A stretch of 64,000 nt of DNA from Blastocatellia bacterium (GTDB lineage: Bacteria; Acidobacteriota; Blastocatellia; UBA7656), in contig DATFWY010000003.1 in the NCBI GenBank assembly GCA_035258805.1, positions 18,839 through 82,838 of the forward strand, written 5' to 3'. This document shows, in pieces, positions 38,044 through 47,323 of the stretch. The translations under genes and the position numbers were made by a program. Within the stretch, counting starts at the first letter, position 1. Every line of letters starts with the position of its first letter. Under the pieces are notes generated by a model, which saw only the letters and a program-made list of their open reading frames with translations, did no database searches and was not told the origin of the DNA.

Positions 38044-39342
38044 TCACGCCGCGATCCCGGAACGGATGGACTTCTCGACCGCCTCGCAGAATGTATCGAT
38101 GTCGGAGAGAGTCGTGTATACGTTTGGCGTGATTCTTATTCCCTTAAACTCTTCGTGGGTGATCGGAGTGCATATGATCCGATATTTTTCCCACAGATGC
38201 GCGCCGAGCTTGATGTGATCGAGTCCGTCGACGCTAAAGTTCGCGAGACCGCAGGATTGCTGCGGATCGTAAGGAGTCAGTACTCGGACGCCTTTGATAG
38301 TCTCGAGCCGTCGCGCCCAGCGGTCTTTCAGGTAGCGCAGTCGCGCGGCTTTGCGCTCGGCGCCGATACCTTCATGAAATGTAAGTGCTTCAGAGATTGC
38401 GTTGTGATTGGCCGCCGGATGAGTTCCAATCTCTTCGAACTTGCGGATATCTTCGTCTTGCTTTTGGTCCGCTGCCATCAACGGCCAGAGCTTCCCGATC
38501 TTGGATTTTCGCACATACAAAAATCCGGTCCCGTGCGGTGCCAGCAACCACTTGTGCAAGCTTGTGCCGTAGTAGTCGCAATCCAGGTCCGAATGCTTGA
38601 ACGGAAAGTGTGCAAAGGCGTGAGCGCCGTCGACAATTACCTCAATTCCGCGCTCGCGTCCCAACTGGCATATTCGCTTGATAGGAAAAATCTGACCGGT
38701 GAGATTCGTGATATGGCATACCAAAATCACCTTGGTTTTCGGCGTGATCGCCCGCTCGAACCTTTGATATAAGTCGTCCATCGAAGGAGGCGGTACCGGG
38801 AATGAGATGGTTTTGATTTTGATTCCCTCGCGCCGTTCTCGCTGACGCCAGGACGTCAGCATTCGAGGATAATCCTGATTGGTGGTAAGCACTTCGTCGC
38901 CGGGTTTAAGGTTGAGTCCAAAGATGCAAATCTCGAGTGACTCGCTCGCATTGCGGGTAATCGCCATTTCTTCGGGGTCGCAGCCGAACGCGGCGGCCAA
39001 TCTTCTGCGGACCCCCTCGATCTCGGGTTCCAACACCTGCCACATTGTCACGGTCGGCGCTGAGTTGGAAAACTCGAGGTAACGTCGCATCGCATCCTGG
39101 ACTACTCTCGGGGAAGGGCTAACGCCGCCGTTGTTCAGGTTGATCAGTGAGCGGTCGACGGTGAACGCCTGCTGGATTTCGCGCCAGTAGTCTTCGTCAG
39201 CGGCCATCGTCTCCGGACCAATACCCGCGGCTGATCGAGACGCGGCGAGTATGCGTTCTATGCCGCCATCACGGAGAGAGGCGAGCCCCGCTACTGTCGC
39301 CGCGCTCCCGACCGATCTCAAAAAGCTTCGTCGTGTGAACAT
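38044..39342 (-). CDS. Class-V aminotransferase fold PLP enzyme (cysteine-desulfurase / isopenicillin-N-epimerase-like) with a Tat signal peptide
   Basis: The N-terminal MFTRRSFLRSVGSAATVAGLASL is a canonical twin-arginine motif. The body has a class V aminotransferase pattern (HITNLTGQIFP...DGAHAFAHFP...SLHKWLLAPHGTGFLYV), including the PLP lysine context SLHKW. Confidence 0.7.
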   Translation of the reverse strand: MFTRRSFLRSVGSAATVAGLASLRDGGIERILAASRSAAGIGPETMAADEDYWREIQQAFTVDRSLINLNNGGVSPSPRVVQDAMRRYLEFSNSAPTVTMWQVLEPEIEGVRRRLAAAFGCDPEEMAITRNASESLEICIFGLNLKPGDEVLTTNQDYPRMLTSWRQRERREGIKIKTISFPVPPPSMDDLYQRFERAITPKTKVILVCHITNLTGQIFPIKRICQLGRERGIEVIVDGAHAFAHFPFKHSDLDCDYYGTSLHKWLLAPHGTGFLYVRKSKIGKLWPLMAADQKQDEDIRKFEEIGTHPAANHNAISEALTFHEGIGAERKAARLRYLKDRWARRLETIKGVRVLTPYDPQQSCGLANFSVDGLDHIKLGAHLWEKYRIICTPITHEEFKGIRITPNVYTTLSDIDTFCEAVEKSIRSGIAA

Positions 39343-39402
39343 AAGCCCTTCCTTTCACCGGTTTCGGATGCTTAATGATTCGAAGAGTGGCTACTCCACT
39401 TA

Positions 39403-39510
39403 ATTACGAATTTATTCGTTATGATTCAAAATTCAACGGACCTTAATCAAAACGAATAAATTCGTTACTACGTGGAATAAATCAAAACGAATAAATTCGT
39501 TACTACGTGG
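39403..39510. repeat. Direct repeats (2.5x) of ATCAAAACGAATAAATTCGTTACTACGTGG, which contain the palindromic word ACGAATAAATTCGT
   Basis: Read directly from the sequence. It lies between the aminotransferase start and the cofE stop. The same word recurs at 49085-49320 and 55042-55110. Confidence 0.8.
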
Positions 39511-39540
39511 AAGAGCCAATAGTATCACAGGACTGCGGGC

Positions 39541-40293
39541 TCATCGAAACAGATCAAGCTCGGGAAGACGAATCAGCTCGCGGCCTGAGCCCTCACTCGA
39601 CTGATATTCGTATCCCCGAATAATGACGACAGGAACTTCCGCACTCTTCTTCATCACCAACTCTGCAGCCGACGCAAGCTCGTCAGCAACCGCGATTACC
39701 GTTACCCTCAAAGGATTCCCGTGCGAATCCATCTGTCCGCGATAATCGATCAGGGATGCCATTCCAGAAACTCCAAGCGCTACGTTCGCGAGACCCTCGC
39801 GCCAGGGGCGGCCGAACGTGTCTGAGATGATCACGGCGATGCTAACACCAAAGGCAGCTTCCAGGGCCGATCGAATCAAACGTGCCGATGAATCGGGGTC
39901 TTTGGGCAGGAGCGTAACGATACCATCACCAACGTTCGATGTATCGACACCAGCGTTCGCACAAATGAATCCATGTTCCGTTTCTGAAATCAGGATCCCG
40001 CGTTCCATACGCACAATGCGCTTCGATTCGCTCAGCACGACTTCGACCACTCGGGGATCCTTATCGTAGGCTTTGGCCCACTCGAGAGCGCGATCGCCCG
40101 GTTCAATTGATTCGAGCCTGACCAGGCGACCTTCGGCCTTCGATACGATCTTCTGAGCAACGACCAGAACATCATTATTCGGGAGTTCGATTACAGAGTT
40201 GCGTAAGGCGCTGATGATCAGAGCTCCGACATCGTCCCCACTTTTGACCTCAGGAATCCCAGAGACTCCGATTATTTCAATTTTGTTGGTCAC
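39541..40293 (-). CDS. cofE: Coenzyme F420-0:L-glutamate ligase
   Basis: 250 aa. SGDDVGALI...NDVLVVAQKIVSKAEGRLV matches the CofE motif DGDVLVVTQKIVSKAEGR. The start is GTG at 40293. Confidence 0.75.
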   Translation of the reverse strand: MTNKIEIIGVSGIPEVKSGDDVGALIISALRNSVIELPNNDVLVVAQKIVSKAEGRLVRLESIEPGDRALEWAKAYDKDPRVVEVVLSESKRIVRMERGILISETEHGFICANAGVDTSNVGDGIVTLLPKDPDSSARLIRSALEAAFGVSIAVIISDTFGRPWREGLANVALGVSGMASLIDYRGQMDSHGNPLRVTVIAVADELASAAELVMKKSAEVPVVIIRGYEYQSSEGSGRELIRLPELDLFR

Positions 40294-40416
40294 TCTCCGC
40301 GCCTCTGCGTCTTTGCGTCTTTGCGTCTTTGCGTTTAAAAAAGGCCTTACAACACGCCAAAATTATCTAACGACCACAAAATTATCTACCGACAAAATTC
40401 TCTAGCGACGACAAAA
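40294..40416. promoter_or_regulatory. cofC-cofE intergenic repeat array: (TCTTTGCG)x4, then four direct ~19-bp repeats ACAAAATTATCTAMCG
   Basis: Read directly from the sequence. It lies immediately upstream of cofE on its coding strand. TCTTTGCG words also occur at 32140, 35230 and 62950. Confidence 0.6.
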
Positions 40417-41076
40417 TTATCTAACGCCAACCTTCGTTTCCCAATATCGACTCTCCCTCAACACTTCAAACGCTCGAGTACTTCGCCCATGTTCAACCAG
40501 CAGCTCGACGTCGGCCGGTTCGTCGATGTCCAGTGCGATACGAACCTTATCTACGATCAGACACTCCACACCAACGCGCGCCGCCTCCTGTCTGTGAAGA
40601 GCAAGCGAGTTGGGCCCAAAACGAGATGGGAATAGAGCCGGTGGCGTGCGGATAATTGCATTGGTTCCGGTTCCTTCACGTGAGGGAACGAGAAGAGCAC
40701 CCGGGCACTCCAGCTCGAGAGACATGAGCGCGTCGATGTCCTCGGCCCTGACGAGCGGCAGGTCGGCTGGAAGTCGCATGACAGATTGGAAGCCTCGTTC
40801 GCTCAGCGCCCGTGAAGCCCAATCGATCGAAGCACTCTCAGATACCTGTGACTCTTCGAGCAAAATGTCCCACCCGAGCTTGCGACCATGTTCAACAGCT
40901 GGACCAAAGCTGGTTACAAGCACTACGCGGTCGGGCTTACGAGCGCCCGCAGCGGCGCGACTGACGTCCTCGAACATAGACCACGCAAGCCTTTGTCGCT
41001 CATCTTCGGACAGCAAGCCGGCAAGACGTGTCTTCGCGTGTGTGAGATCTTTGACCGGGATCAGAAGCGCTTTCAT
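40417..41076 (-). CDS. cofC: 2-phospho-L-lactate guanylyltransferase
   Basis: MKALLIPVKDLTHAKTRLAGLLSEDERQRLAWSMFEDV matches the CofC/FbiD N-terminus. It overlaps cofD by 4 nt (ATGA). Confidence 0.75.
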   Translation of the reverse strand: MKALLIPVKDLTHAKTRLAGLLSEDERQRLAWSMFEDVSRAAAGARKPDRVVLVTSFGPAVEHGRKLGWDILLEESQVSESASIDWASRALSERGFQSVMRLPADLPLVRAEDIDALMSLELECPGALLVPSREGTGTNAIIRTPPALFPSRFGPNSLALHRQEAARVGVECLIVDKVRIALDIDEPADVELLVEHGRSTRAFEVLRESRYWETKVGVR

Positions 41077-42002
41077 GAGAAGGCCGCCTCGATCACTGCT
41101 CGGGCGAGCATCGCTTTCTGTTCCGTGGTGCCCATTATCGTATTGGTCGTTATCACTCGAGTTCCGTTCGCTTCGATCTCGCCCTTCAATTCAGCATCCA
41201 TTGTATCGAGTACGAAGATATCCAGGAAATCATTATAGATTCTGGCAACCGCGCTCGCGGAAACCTCGTGACCCTGATCACGAAGCATATCAGCCGCAGG
41301 ACCTTTCAGCGCTTTCCCCCCAACGATAGGTGTGATCCCGATTATCGTGGCGTTTGTTTCACGAAGCGCATCTCGTAAGCCAGGCACAGACAGGATTGGC
41401 CCGATGCTTATGAAAGGATTGCTGGGACATACTATTACCAGATCGGCATCGACGATCGCGGTTACGACTCCAGGGGCCGGCGTCGCGAGCTCGATGTTTT
41501 CATAACAAAGACTTAGCACTCGCGGCTCGCATCTTCGACGCACGAAGTACTCCTGCAAATGCATCTCGCCTTCGACAGTGGTGATCCGCGTAGGCGTATA
41601 CGAGTTGGTCATCGGAAGAATGGATGACTCAACACCGAGAAATCGGCGAATAGAGTCGGTGACTTCGCTCAAAGAAATTCCCTGGCGCAATTGATTTGTT
41701 CGGAAAATGTGGGTAGCGAGATCCCGATCGCCGAGGTTGAACCACGCGTCGCCGTAATAGCTCTTGAGTCTCTGGAGGCATTCAAACGTGTCGCCGCTCA
41801 GTCCCCAACCAGTCGCGGGATTTATAACTCCACCAAGTGTATAGGTTACTGTGTCGATATCAGGGCAAATACGAAGGCCGAATAATTCGATGTCATCGCC
41901 GGTATTGGCAATGACAGTGATATCTTTGGGCGGTAACACGGACACGAGCCCAAGCAGAAACTTCGAAGCTCCGATTCCGCCCGCGAGTGCTGTGATCCTC
42001 AT
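41073..42002 (-). CDS. cofD: 2-phospho-L-lactate transferase (LPPG:FO transferase)
   Basis: ALAGGIGASKFLLGL...ITVIANTGDDIELFGLRICPDIDTVTYTLGG is the canonical CofD/FbiA N-terminus. Confidence 0.8.
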   Translation of the reverse strand: MRITALAGGIGASKFLLGLVSVLPPKDITVIANTGDDIELFGLRICPDIDTVTYTLGGVINPATGWGLSGDTFECLQRLKSYYGDAWFNLGDRDLATHIFRTNQLRQGISLSEVTDSIRRFLGVESSILPMTNSYTPTRITTVEGEMHLQEYFVRRRCEPRVLSLCYENIELATPAPGVVTAIVDADLVIVCPSNPFISIGPILSVPGLRDALRETNATIIGITPIVGGKALKGPAADMLRDQGHEVSASAVARIYNDFLDIFVLDTMDAELKGEIEANGTRVITTNTIMGTTEQKAMLARAVIEAAFS

Positions 42003-42094
42003 AACGTTTGGCGAGACATTCTTACGTCCCTCGCTCGCAAGAATTAATGGTTGGAGACTTGTGATTGCAACAAGAGCTTGCGTGAGGCATGTGG

Positions 42095-42784
42095 TTATAA
42101 TCCTATTACTCGATAGCGTGCGGTTTTGATTTTGTATCGGCGATTGATGCCGATTGCGAAAACAGTCATTCGTTCGAGGGTGCGTGCGCTGTAGAGAGTT
42201 CCGGCATCGACTGGTCTCAATCCTTCGATGAATCCTAATGATTCCATCACACGAACCTTAGCATCTTTGGAATCGCTGGCTACAAATGAATCGCAATCCA
42301 GCGGTTCATTAATTTCGGCAAGGAGGTGAGCCGGCTCGGTCTTGAAAGCGGCAACTAATGGAATAGTTTCGGGAAGTCTCGCTTTAAGATGCTCGCTCGC
42401 GGAACCTTCAGACAATTCCACGTAACGCACCCGGCCCTGCTCAAACGATACCGGCACGGTTATATCGATCAAAATAGAACCCTCGCGAAAGTCAGAACTG
42501 TGGGCATCGACGGTTGAAGCCGCGTGAGCAAAAGGGACTGTCAAAAGTACAAAGTCGGATGCAGCGATGACCTCTCGGTTTTCGCCGGATCCAATGACAA
42601 AAGCTATGCGCTTTTCGTTGGTTTCAAGGATTTGGTTGAGCTCGTCAGCGGCAGTCTTCGCCTTCTCCTGTGTCCGCGAGCCGATTGATACCTGCGCGCC
42701 GGCGATAGCCCATCTGAGCGCCAGGCCGCGCCCTTCTTCACCAGTGCCGCCGACAAGCCCGACTTTTAGTTGGTTTATATTCAT
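42095..42784 (-). CDS. npdG: NADPH-dependent F420 reductase
   Basis: MNINQLKVGLVGGTGEEGRGLALRWAIAGAQVSIGSRTQEKAK matches the Fno/NpdG N-terminus. Length is 229 aa. Confidence 0.7.
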   Translation of the reverse strand: MNINQLKVGLVGGTGEEGRGLALRWAIAGAQVSIGSRTQEKAKTAADELNQILETNEKRIAFVIGSGENREVIAASDFVLLTVPFAHAASTVDAHSSDFREGSILIDITVPVSFEQGRVRYVELSEGSASEHLKARLPETIPLVAAFKTEPAHLLAEINEPLDCDSFVASDSKDAKVRVMESLGFIEGLRPVDAGTLYSARTLERMTVFAIGINRRYKIKTARYRVIGL

Positions 42785-42918
42785 TGCTTAGAAATTCTCG
42801 GACTGGACTTCGGGTCAAGGTTGCCATTGGGGCGAATTCAGTGTCAACAGTGCGGCTGGGTGGAGACTGGTTCTAGCGCACAGGATCGACTCAACACCTC
42901 TATCCTGTTGAAAATTCT

Positions 42919-42948
42919 TGACTCTATGAATTGCGCGCGAGTATCATC
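42919..42948 (+). promoter_or_regulatory. Putative sigma70 promoter TTGACT-N18-TATCAT for the 43047 gene
   Basis: The hexamers were read directly. The match would end ~98 nt upstream of the ATG at 43047. Confidence 0.35.
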
Positions 42949-43046
42949 AATTTGAGGTTCCCAGTTTGACCCGTGCGTTGCTTGCGGAGCAACGTAAACT
43001 TTACCTTTTCGAACTTTGGGCGAGCCCCGTCTAACAGGAACAGTCT

Positions 43047-44894
43047 ATGAAGCATGTGCTCACCGCGCTCTACACGATAGCCGTACTTGCTGTTGTGTCT
43101 CTGGCCTCCGAATCTGCCTCAAACTCGAATCTGATGCCGCTGGATCAAGTTCGACCCGGTATGAAGGGCTATGGAATGTCGGTCTTTCAGGGCTCCAAGC
43201 CCGAGCGGTTTGAGGTCGAGGTCCTCGGGACTTTGGAAGGCGTCCCAAATCCTAAACAAAGCATCGTGATCGCGCGTTTGAGTGGAGCGCTGGTCGATCG
43301 GACAGGAGTTTTCGCTGGCATGAGCGGCAGCCCGGTCTACATCGATGGTAAGCTCGTTGGCGCAGTAGCTTATGCTTTCCCGTTCGCTAAGGAAGCGATC
43401 GCAGGAATCACTCCAATCAAGTACATGATCGATATCTTCGAGCAGGGTCAACAGGAGGAGCAACCTCGCTCAAGCCAGCGGGTAAGCTTTAAGACTCTAA
43501 TTGGCCAAAGCACAGGAGCTTCGCTCGAATTGCCGGAATTGCCTTCCGCCCAGGTAGGTGCGCGAGCAGCAACCAACGGCGCGCTGGCGCCGTACGTCGG
43601 TCAGACAATAGTCCCTATCGCGACGCCGGTCACCTTTACCGGGATTTCTCAGAACGTTCTCGATACCTTTGCCGGCGACCTGCGAAAGATTGGCATACAG
43701 CCGATTGCGGGCGTGGGTGGCGGATCGAGTCTTAGTCCGATGGTTCCGGCAACTGAAAACACTCTTGCGCCCGGGACCTCGGTCAGCGTGCAACTCGTTC
43801 GTGGCGACTTCACGATCGACGCTGCCGGTACCGTAACTTACAGAGATGCTGGAAAAATATACGCGTTCGGTCATCCTTTCCTGAGTTCGGGTGCCACCAG
43901 CTGGCCAATGGCTGAGTCATCGATCGTAACCGTTGTTCCAAATCTGAATAATTCATTCAAGCTTTCCGCTGCGGGAAGTCTTGTCGGCTCGATCAGTCAG
44001 GACCGTGCGACCGGTGTATACGGCCAGCTCGGCGAGAAGCCTCGGATGGTCCCAGTACAAGTGACCGTTCACACCAGCCGTAATAAGACTGAATCCTATA
44101 AATTCGAGATCGTTTCAGATCCGTTCCTGACGCCCTTGCTGACAAGGATAACGATGGTTTCGGCAATAGCAGCAACTGAGCGCCAGGTTGGCAGTCAAAC
44201 GCTCAAGCTCTCAGGCACTATCGGAATCGACGGTCAATCGGATATCCGACTCGACAACAGTTTTACTTCTCCCAACGGCGCGGCGGTGATTGCGTCAAAT
44301 GCGGTCGCTCAACCGCTGGCTGTTCTCTTCAACAGCGGATTCAACGCGTTGGATTTGAGAGGAATTAACGTCGACGTGACCTCCATCGACAGCCGGTCGA
44401 GCGGTGCTTTGAACCGACTCTGGATTGACAAAACCGAAGTCCGACGAGGCGAGACCATCGAAATGCAAGCATTTGCTCGCAACGATAACGGCAGCGAATT
44501 CGTTGAGCGAATCCCGCTGGAGATCCCCGCTGACGCGCCGCTCGGGCCTCTGGTTATTATCGTCGGCGACGGAGCCTCGTTGAATCTTGTCGACCGGGCA
44601 CAACCAACGGCTGAGTTCGCACCGAGGGATCTGAGTCAGCTCGTCCGCGCGATCAACAAACTCAAGAGGAACAATCGCCTCTACGTTAGAGTGATGCGAG
44701 CGGGCACCGGAGCTATCGTCAACAATGAGGAGATGCCCGTGCTGCCACCCTCAATGTTGGCGACGCTTGGATCGAGTAGGACGTCGGGAGGGTATACCCC
44801 GATGTCGGTCGCCACGCTCGAAGAACACGAGTTGCCGCCTTCACAGTTCATTATCAATGGTCAACAGACTATAACGATAAATGTAGTGAAGTAG
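43047..44894 (+). CDS. Secreted protein with a SpoIVB/S55-like serine-peptidase motif
   Basis: There is a signal peptide. GMSGSPVYIDGKLVGAVAYAF closely matches the SpoIVB catalytic-Ser region GMSGSPIIQNGKLIGAVTHV. The remaining ~450 aa are uncharacterised. Confidence 0.4.
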   Translation: MKHVLTALYTIAVLAVVSLASESASNSNLMPLDQVRPGMKGYGMSVFQGSKPERFEVEVLGTLEGVPNPKQSIVIARLSGALVDRTGVFAGMSGSPVYIDGKLVGAVAYAFPFAKEAIAGITPIKYMIDIFEQGQQEEQPRSSQRVSFKTLIGQSTGASLELPELPSAQVGARAATNGALAPYVGQTIVPIATPVTFTGISQNVLDTFAGDLRKIGIQPIAGVGGGSSLSPMVPATENTLAPGTSVSVQLVRGDFTIDAAGTVTYRDAGKIYAFGHPFLSSGATSWPMAESSIVTVVPNLNNSFKLSAAGSLVGSISQDRATGVYGQLGEKPRMVPVQVTVHTSRNKTESYKFEIVSDPFLTPLLTRITMVSAIAATERQVGSQTLKLSGTIGIDGQSDIRLDNSFTSPNGAAVIASNAVAQPLAVLFNSGFNALDLRGINVDVTSIDSRSSGALNRLWIDKTEVRRGETIEMQAFARNDNGSEFVERIPLEIPADAPLGPLVIIVGDGASLNLVDRAQPTAEFAPRDLSQLVRAINKLKRNNRLYVRVMRAGTGAIVNNEEMPVLPPSMLATLGSSRTSGGYTPMSVATLEEHELPPSQFIINGQQTITINVVK

Positions 44895-44982
44895 AGCGAG
44901 CCGTTATGGTTTGCAAGGCAGGTTTTCAAGCAATAGTTTGAGTAGTTTTTCTCACTTTAAACGTTGTCGGAAGTGATTTTGA

Positions 44983-45012
44983 AAGCCCGCGAAGCTTGCG
45001 GGCTTTTCGTTT
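44983..45012 (+). terminator. Rho-independent terminator
   Basis: AAGCCCGC-gaagctt-GCGGGCTT is followed by TTCGTTT. Confidence 0.65.
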
Positions 45013-45060
45013 GCCTGATCCAGGTATTTGATTGATCATTTTAGATTGAAAGGCATCACC

Positions 45061-47313
45061 ATGCGTAAATCTACTGGCCTGATAAAGACTGTCCTGGTAA
45101 CGACAGTCCTGATAACGACAGTCTTCACTTTACTAAGCGGCTCCGCATTAGCAGTTGGACCAGTGTTCTGGGAGATCTCGAAGCAGGACGACGTAATCAA
45201 AGGTGACGCTCGCGGCGTCTCCATCGCAGAAAACGGATCCATAACGCTCGCTCCTGCATTCAACCTCGTGTACGACACCAAAGAGGCCTACATCTGGTCC
45301 AGTACCGCCGACGCCGCGGGGAATATCTATCTCGGAACAGGTCACGAAGGCAGAATCTTCAAGATCACGCCTTCCGGCGAGGGACGTTTGCTATACGATG
45401 CGCCCGAGCTTGATGTCACCGCGCTGGCGACTGATACCCAAGGCAACCTTTACGCAGGCACATCGCCCGACGGCAAGATTTACAAGATTACTCCTGATGG
45501 CAAAGAGTCGATCTTCTACGATCCTCCCGACAAGTACATCTGGTCCCTGGCTTTTGATGCCTCGGGTACGACTCTGTTCGTGGGTACCGGTGACAAAGGT
45601 GTGATCTACAAGATTGATGCGTCGGGAAAAGCGTCAGTGTTTGCTGATACCAACGAGACAAACATTGTGTCACTGGCGTTGGATAAGGAAAACAATCTGC
45701 TGGCAGGAACGGATCCGTCGGGGCTTTTATTACGCATCTCACCAAATCGAAAGCTATTTGCCCTGTTCGATTCACCGATGCAGGAGATACACAGCGTTGC
45801 GGTTAACGCCGACGGGTCGATCTATGTTTTGGGCATCAGCGCCCAGACAGGCGCGGGATCGAAAACCAACTCTATAGGAGTTTCGAGCACCTCGACACTC
45901 TCCAGTGAAGGCGTGGTTACAATCTCGACGGGCGACGATCAAGACGAACCTACCCACCCGGATGTTCAAGCACCCTCTTCACAAGGTCAAAGCCGCGGCA
46001 AGCTGGAGGGAGCCAGAAGCGTATTGTTCCGAGTTATGCCTAATGGAGGCAGTGAGGTTTACTGGCGCTCAAACGACTCTGTCGCTTTCGCTTTGAAGCC
46101 CAGTAATGACGGGAAAGTTTTGGTGGGAACAAACAATAAGGGGCGAATCTACCAGGTAGTTGGCGCGCGTTCTCAAACGCTACTGATTCAATCCCCTGAA
46201 GATCAAACCTCGACAATATTCGGCGTAGGAAACAACCTTTATGCCACCTCGAGCAATTTGGGCCGACTATATCGAATTGGCCAGGCACCGGTAAACGAAG
46301 GTACCTATATTTCGCCGGTGCGCGATACAAAATTTGCCGGCCAGTGGGGCGTCATATCGTGGCGCGGTTCAGGTGGTACCGAGCTCCAAACGCGAAGTGG
46401 CAACACCGAAACACCTGACGCAACCTGGAGCGACTGGTCTGCTGCCTATCGGAGCGCATCGGGCGATCAGATAACCAGCCCTCGAGCGCGCTTTATTCAG
46501 TGGCGCGCGGTGTTGCGAAACCGAGGTTCTTCAACGGTTCAGGGTGGAAATTCTCACAGGTCTAGTGAAGGCGCCCAACTACAGTCAGTTGTGGTCGCGT
46601 ACTTGCCGCGTAATCAGGCACCGGACATAACGACGGTGACCATGATGGCGCCCGGCGTGGCGTTTCAGGAGATGCCTGTAGCGATCGATCCATCTATAGC
46701 TTCATCCGGCCTCGATCCTCAATTGTTTGGTGTTGTAATGAACGTTCCCCCACGGCGCTTTTTCCAAAAAGGCGCACGAACGTTGACCTGGCAGGCAAGC
46801 GATCCGAACGACGACACTTTGAATTACAAGGTGTTCTATCGCACTATCGGAGAAAGTGAATGGCATACTCTTGCCGAGAGCCTTACTCAGAACTATTACA
46901 CGATTGATGGCAATCGTCTGCCGGATGGAACCTATTTGTTCAAGGTCGTAGCCACTGATGAGCCCAGCAATACCAAAGAACTTGCATTAAGCGACGAACA
47001 GATTACTGAACCTATCGAGATCGATAACACGCCGCCCGCAATCAAAGTCACCGGGCCTTCGATTTCAGGCCAGAGTGCCGTTGTGGACTTTGACGCTACT
47101 GACGTCACCAGCCGAATTGTGCGCGGAGAATACAGCGTCGACGGGGGAACCTGGCAATTAATCTATCCTGTTGACGGAATCGCCGACTCCGCGCACGAGA
47201 GCTTCAAAGTGAAGGTGACCTTCGATAAGCCCGGCGAGCATCTGATCGCATTCCGTTGTGCTGACTCGAGCTCCAACGTGGGAACCGCAAAGGTTACCGC
47301 TACGGTTCGCTGA
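45061..47313 (+). CDS. Secreted beta-propeller repeat protein with C-terminal Ig-like/beta-sandwich domains
   Basis: There is a signal peptide. At least 6 blades of ~42 aa carry D..GN(L/I)Y.GT...G.IYKI. The C-terminal region is beta-rich (DNTPPAIKVTGPS...). Confidence 0.5.
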   Translation: MRKSTGLIKTVLVTTVLITTVFTLLSGSALAVGPVFWEISKQDDVIKGDARGVSIAENGSITLAPAFNLVYDTKEAYIWSSTADAAGNIYLGTGHEGRIFKITPSGEGRLLYDAPELDVTALATDTQGNLYAGTSPDGKIYKITPDGKESIFYDPPDKYIWSLAFDASGTTLFVGTGDKGVIYKIDASGKASVFADTNETNIVSLALDKENNLLAGTDPSGLLLRISPNRKLFALFDSPMQEIHSVAVNADGSIYVLGISAQTGAGSKTNSIGVSSTSTLSSEGVVTISTGDDQDEPTHPDVQAPSSQGQSRGKLEGARSVLFRVMPNGGSEVYWRSNDSVAFALKPSNDGKVLVGTNNKGRIYQVVGARSQTLLIQSPEDQTSTIFGVGNNLYATSSNLGRLYRIGQAPVNEGTYISPVRDTKFAGQWGVISWRGSGGTELQTRSGNTETPDATWSDWSAAYRSASGDQITSPRARFIQWRAVLRNRGSSTVQGGNSHRSSEGAQLQSVVVAYLPRNQAPDITTVTMMAPGVAFQEMPVAIDPSIASSGLDPQLFGVVMNVPPRRFFQKGARTLTWQASDPNDDTLNYKVFYRTIGESEWHTLAESLTQNYYTIDGNRLPDGTYLFKVVATDEPSNTKELALSDEQITEPIEIDNTPPAIKVTGPSISGQSAVVDFDATDVTSRIVRGEYSVDGGTWQLIYPVDGIADSAHESFKVKVTFDKPGEHLIAFRCADSSSNVGTAKVTATVR

Positions 47314-47323
47314 GGTATAGATC

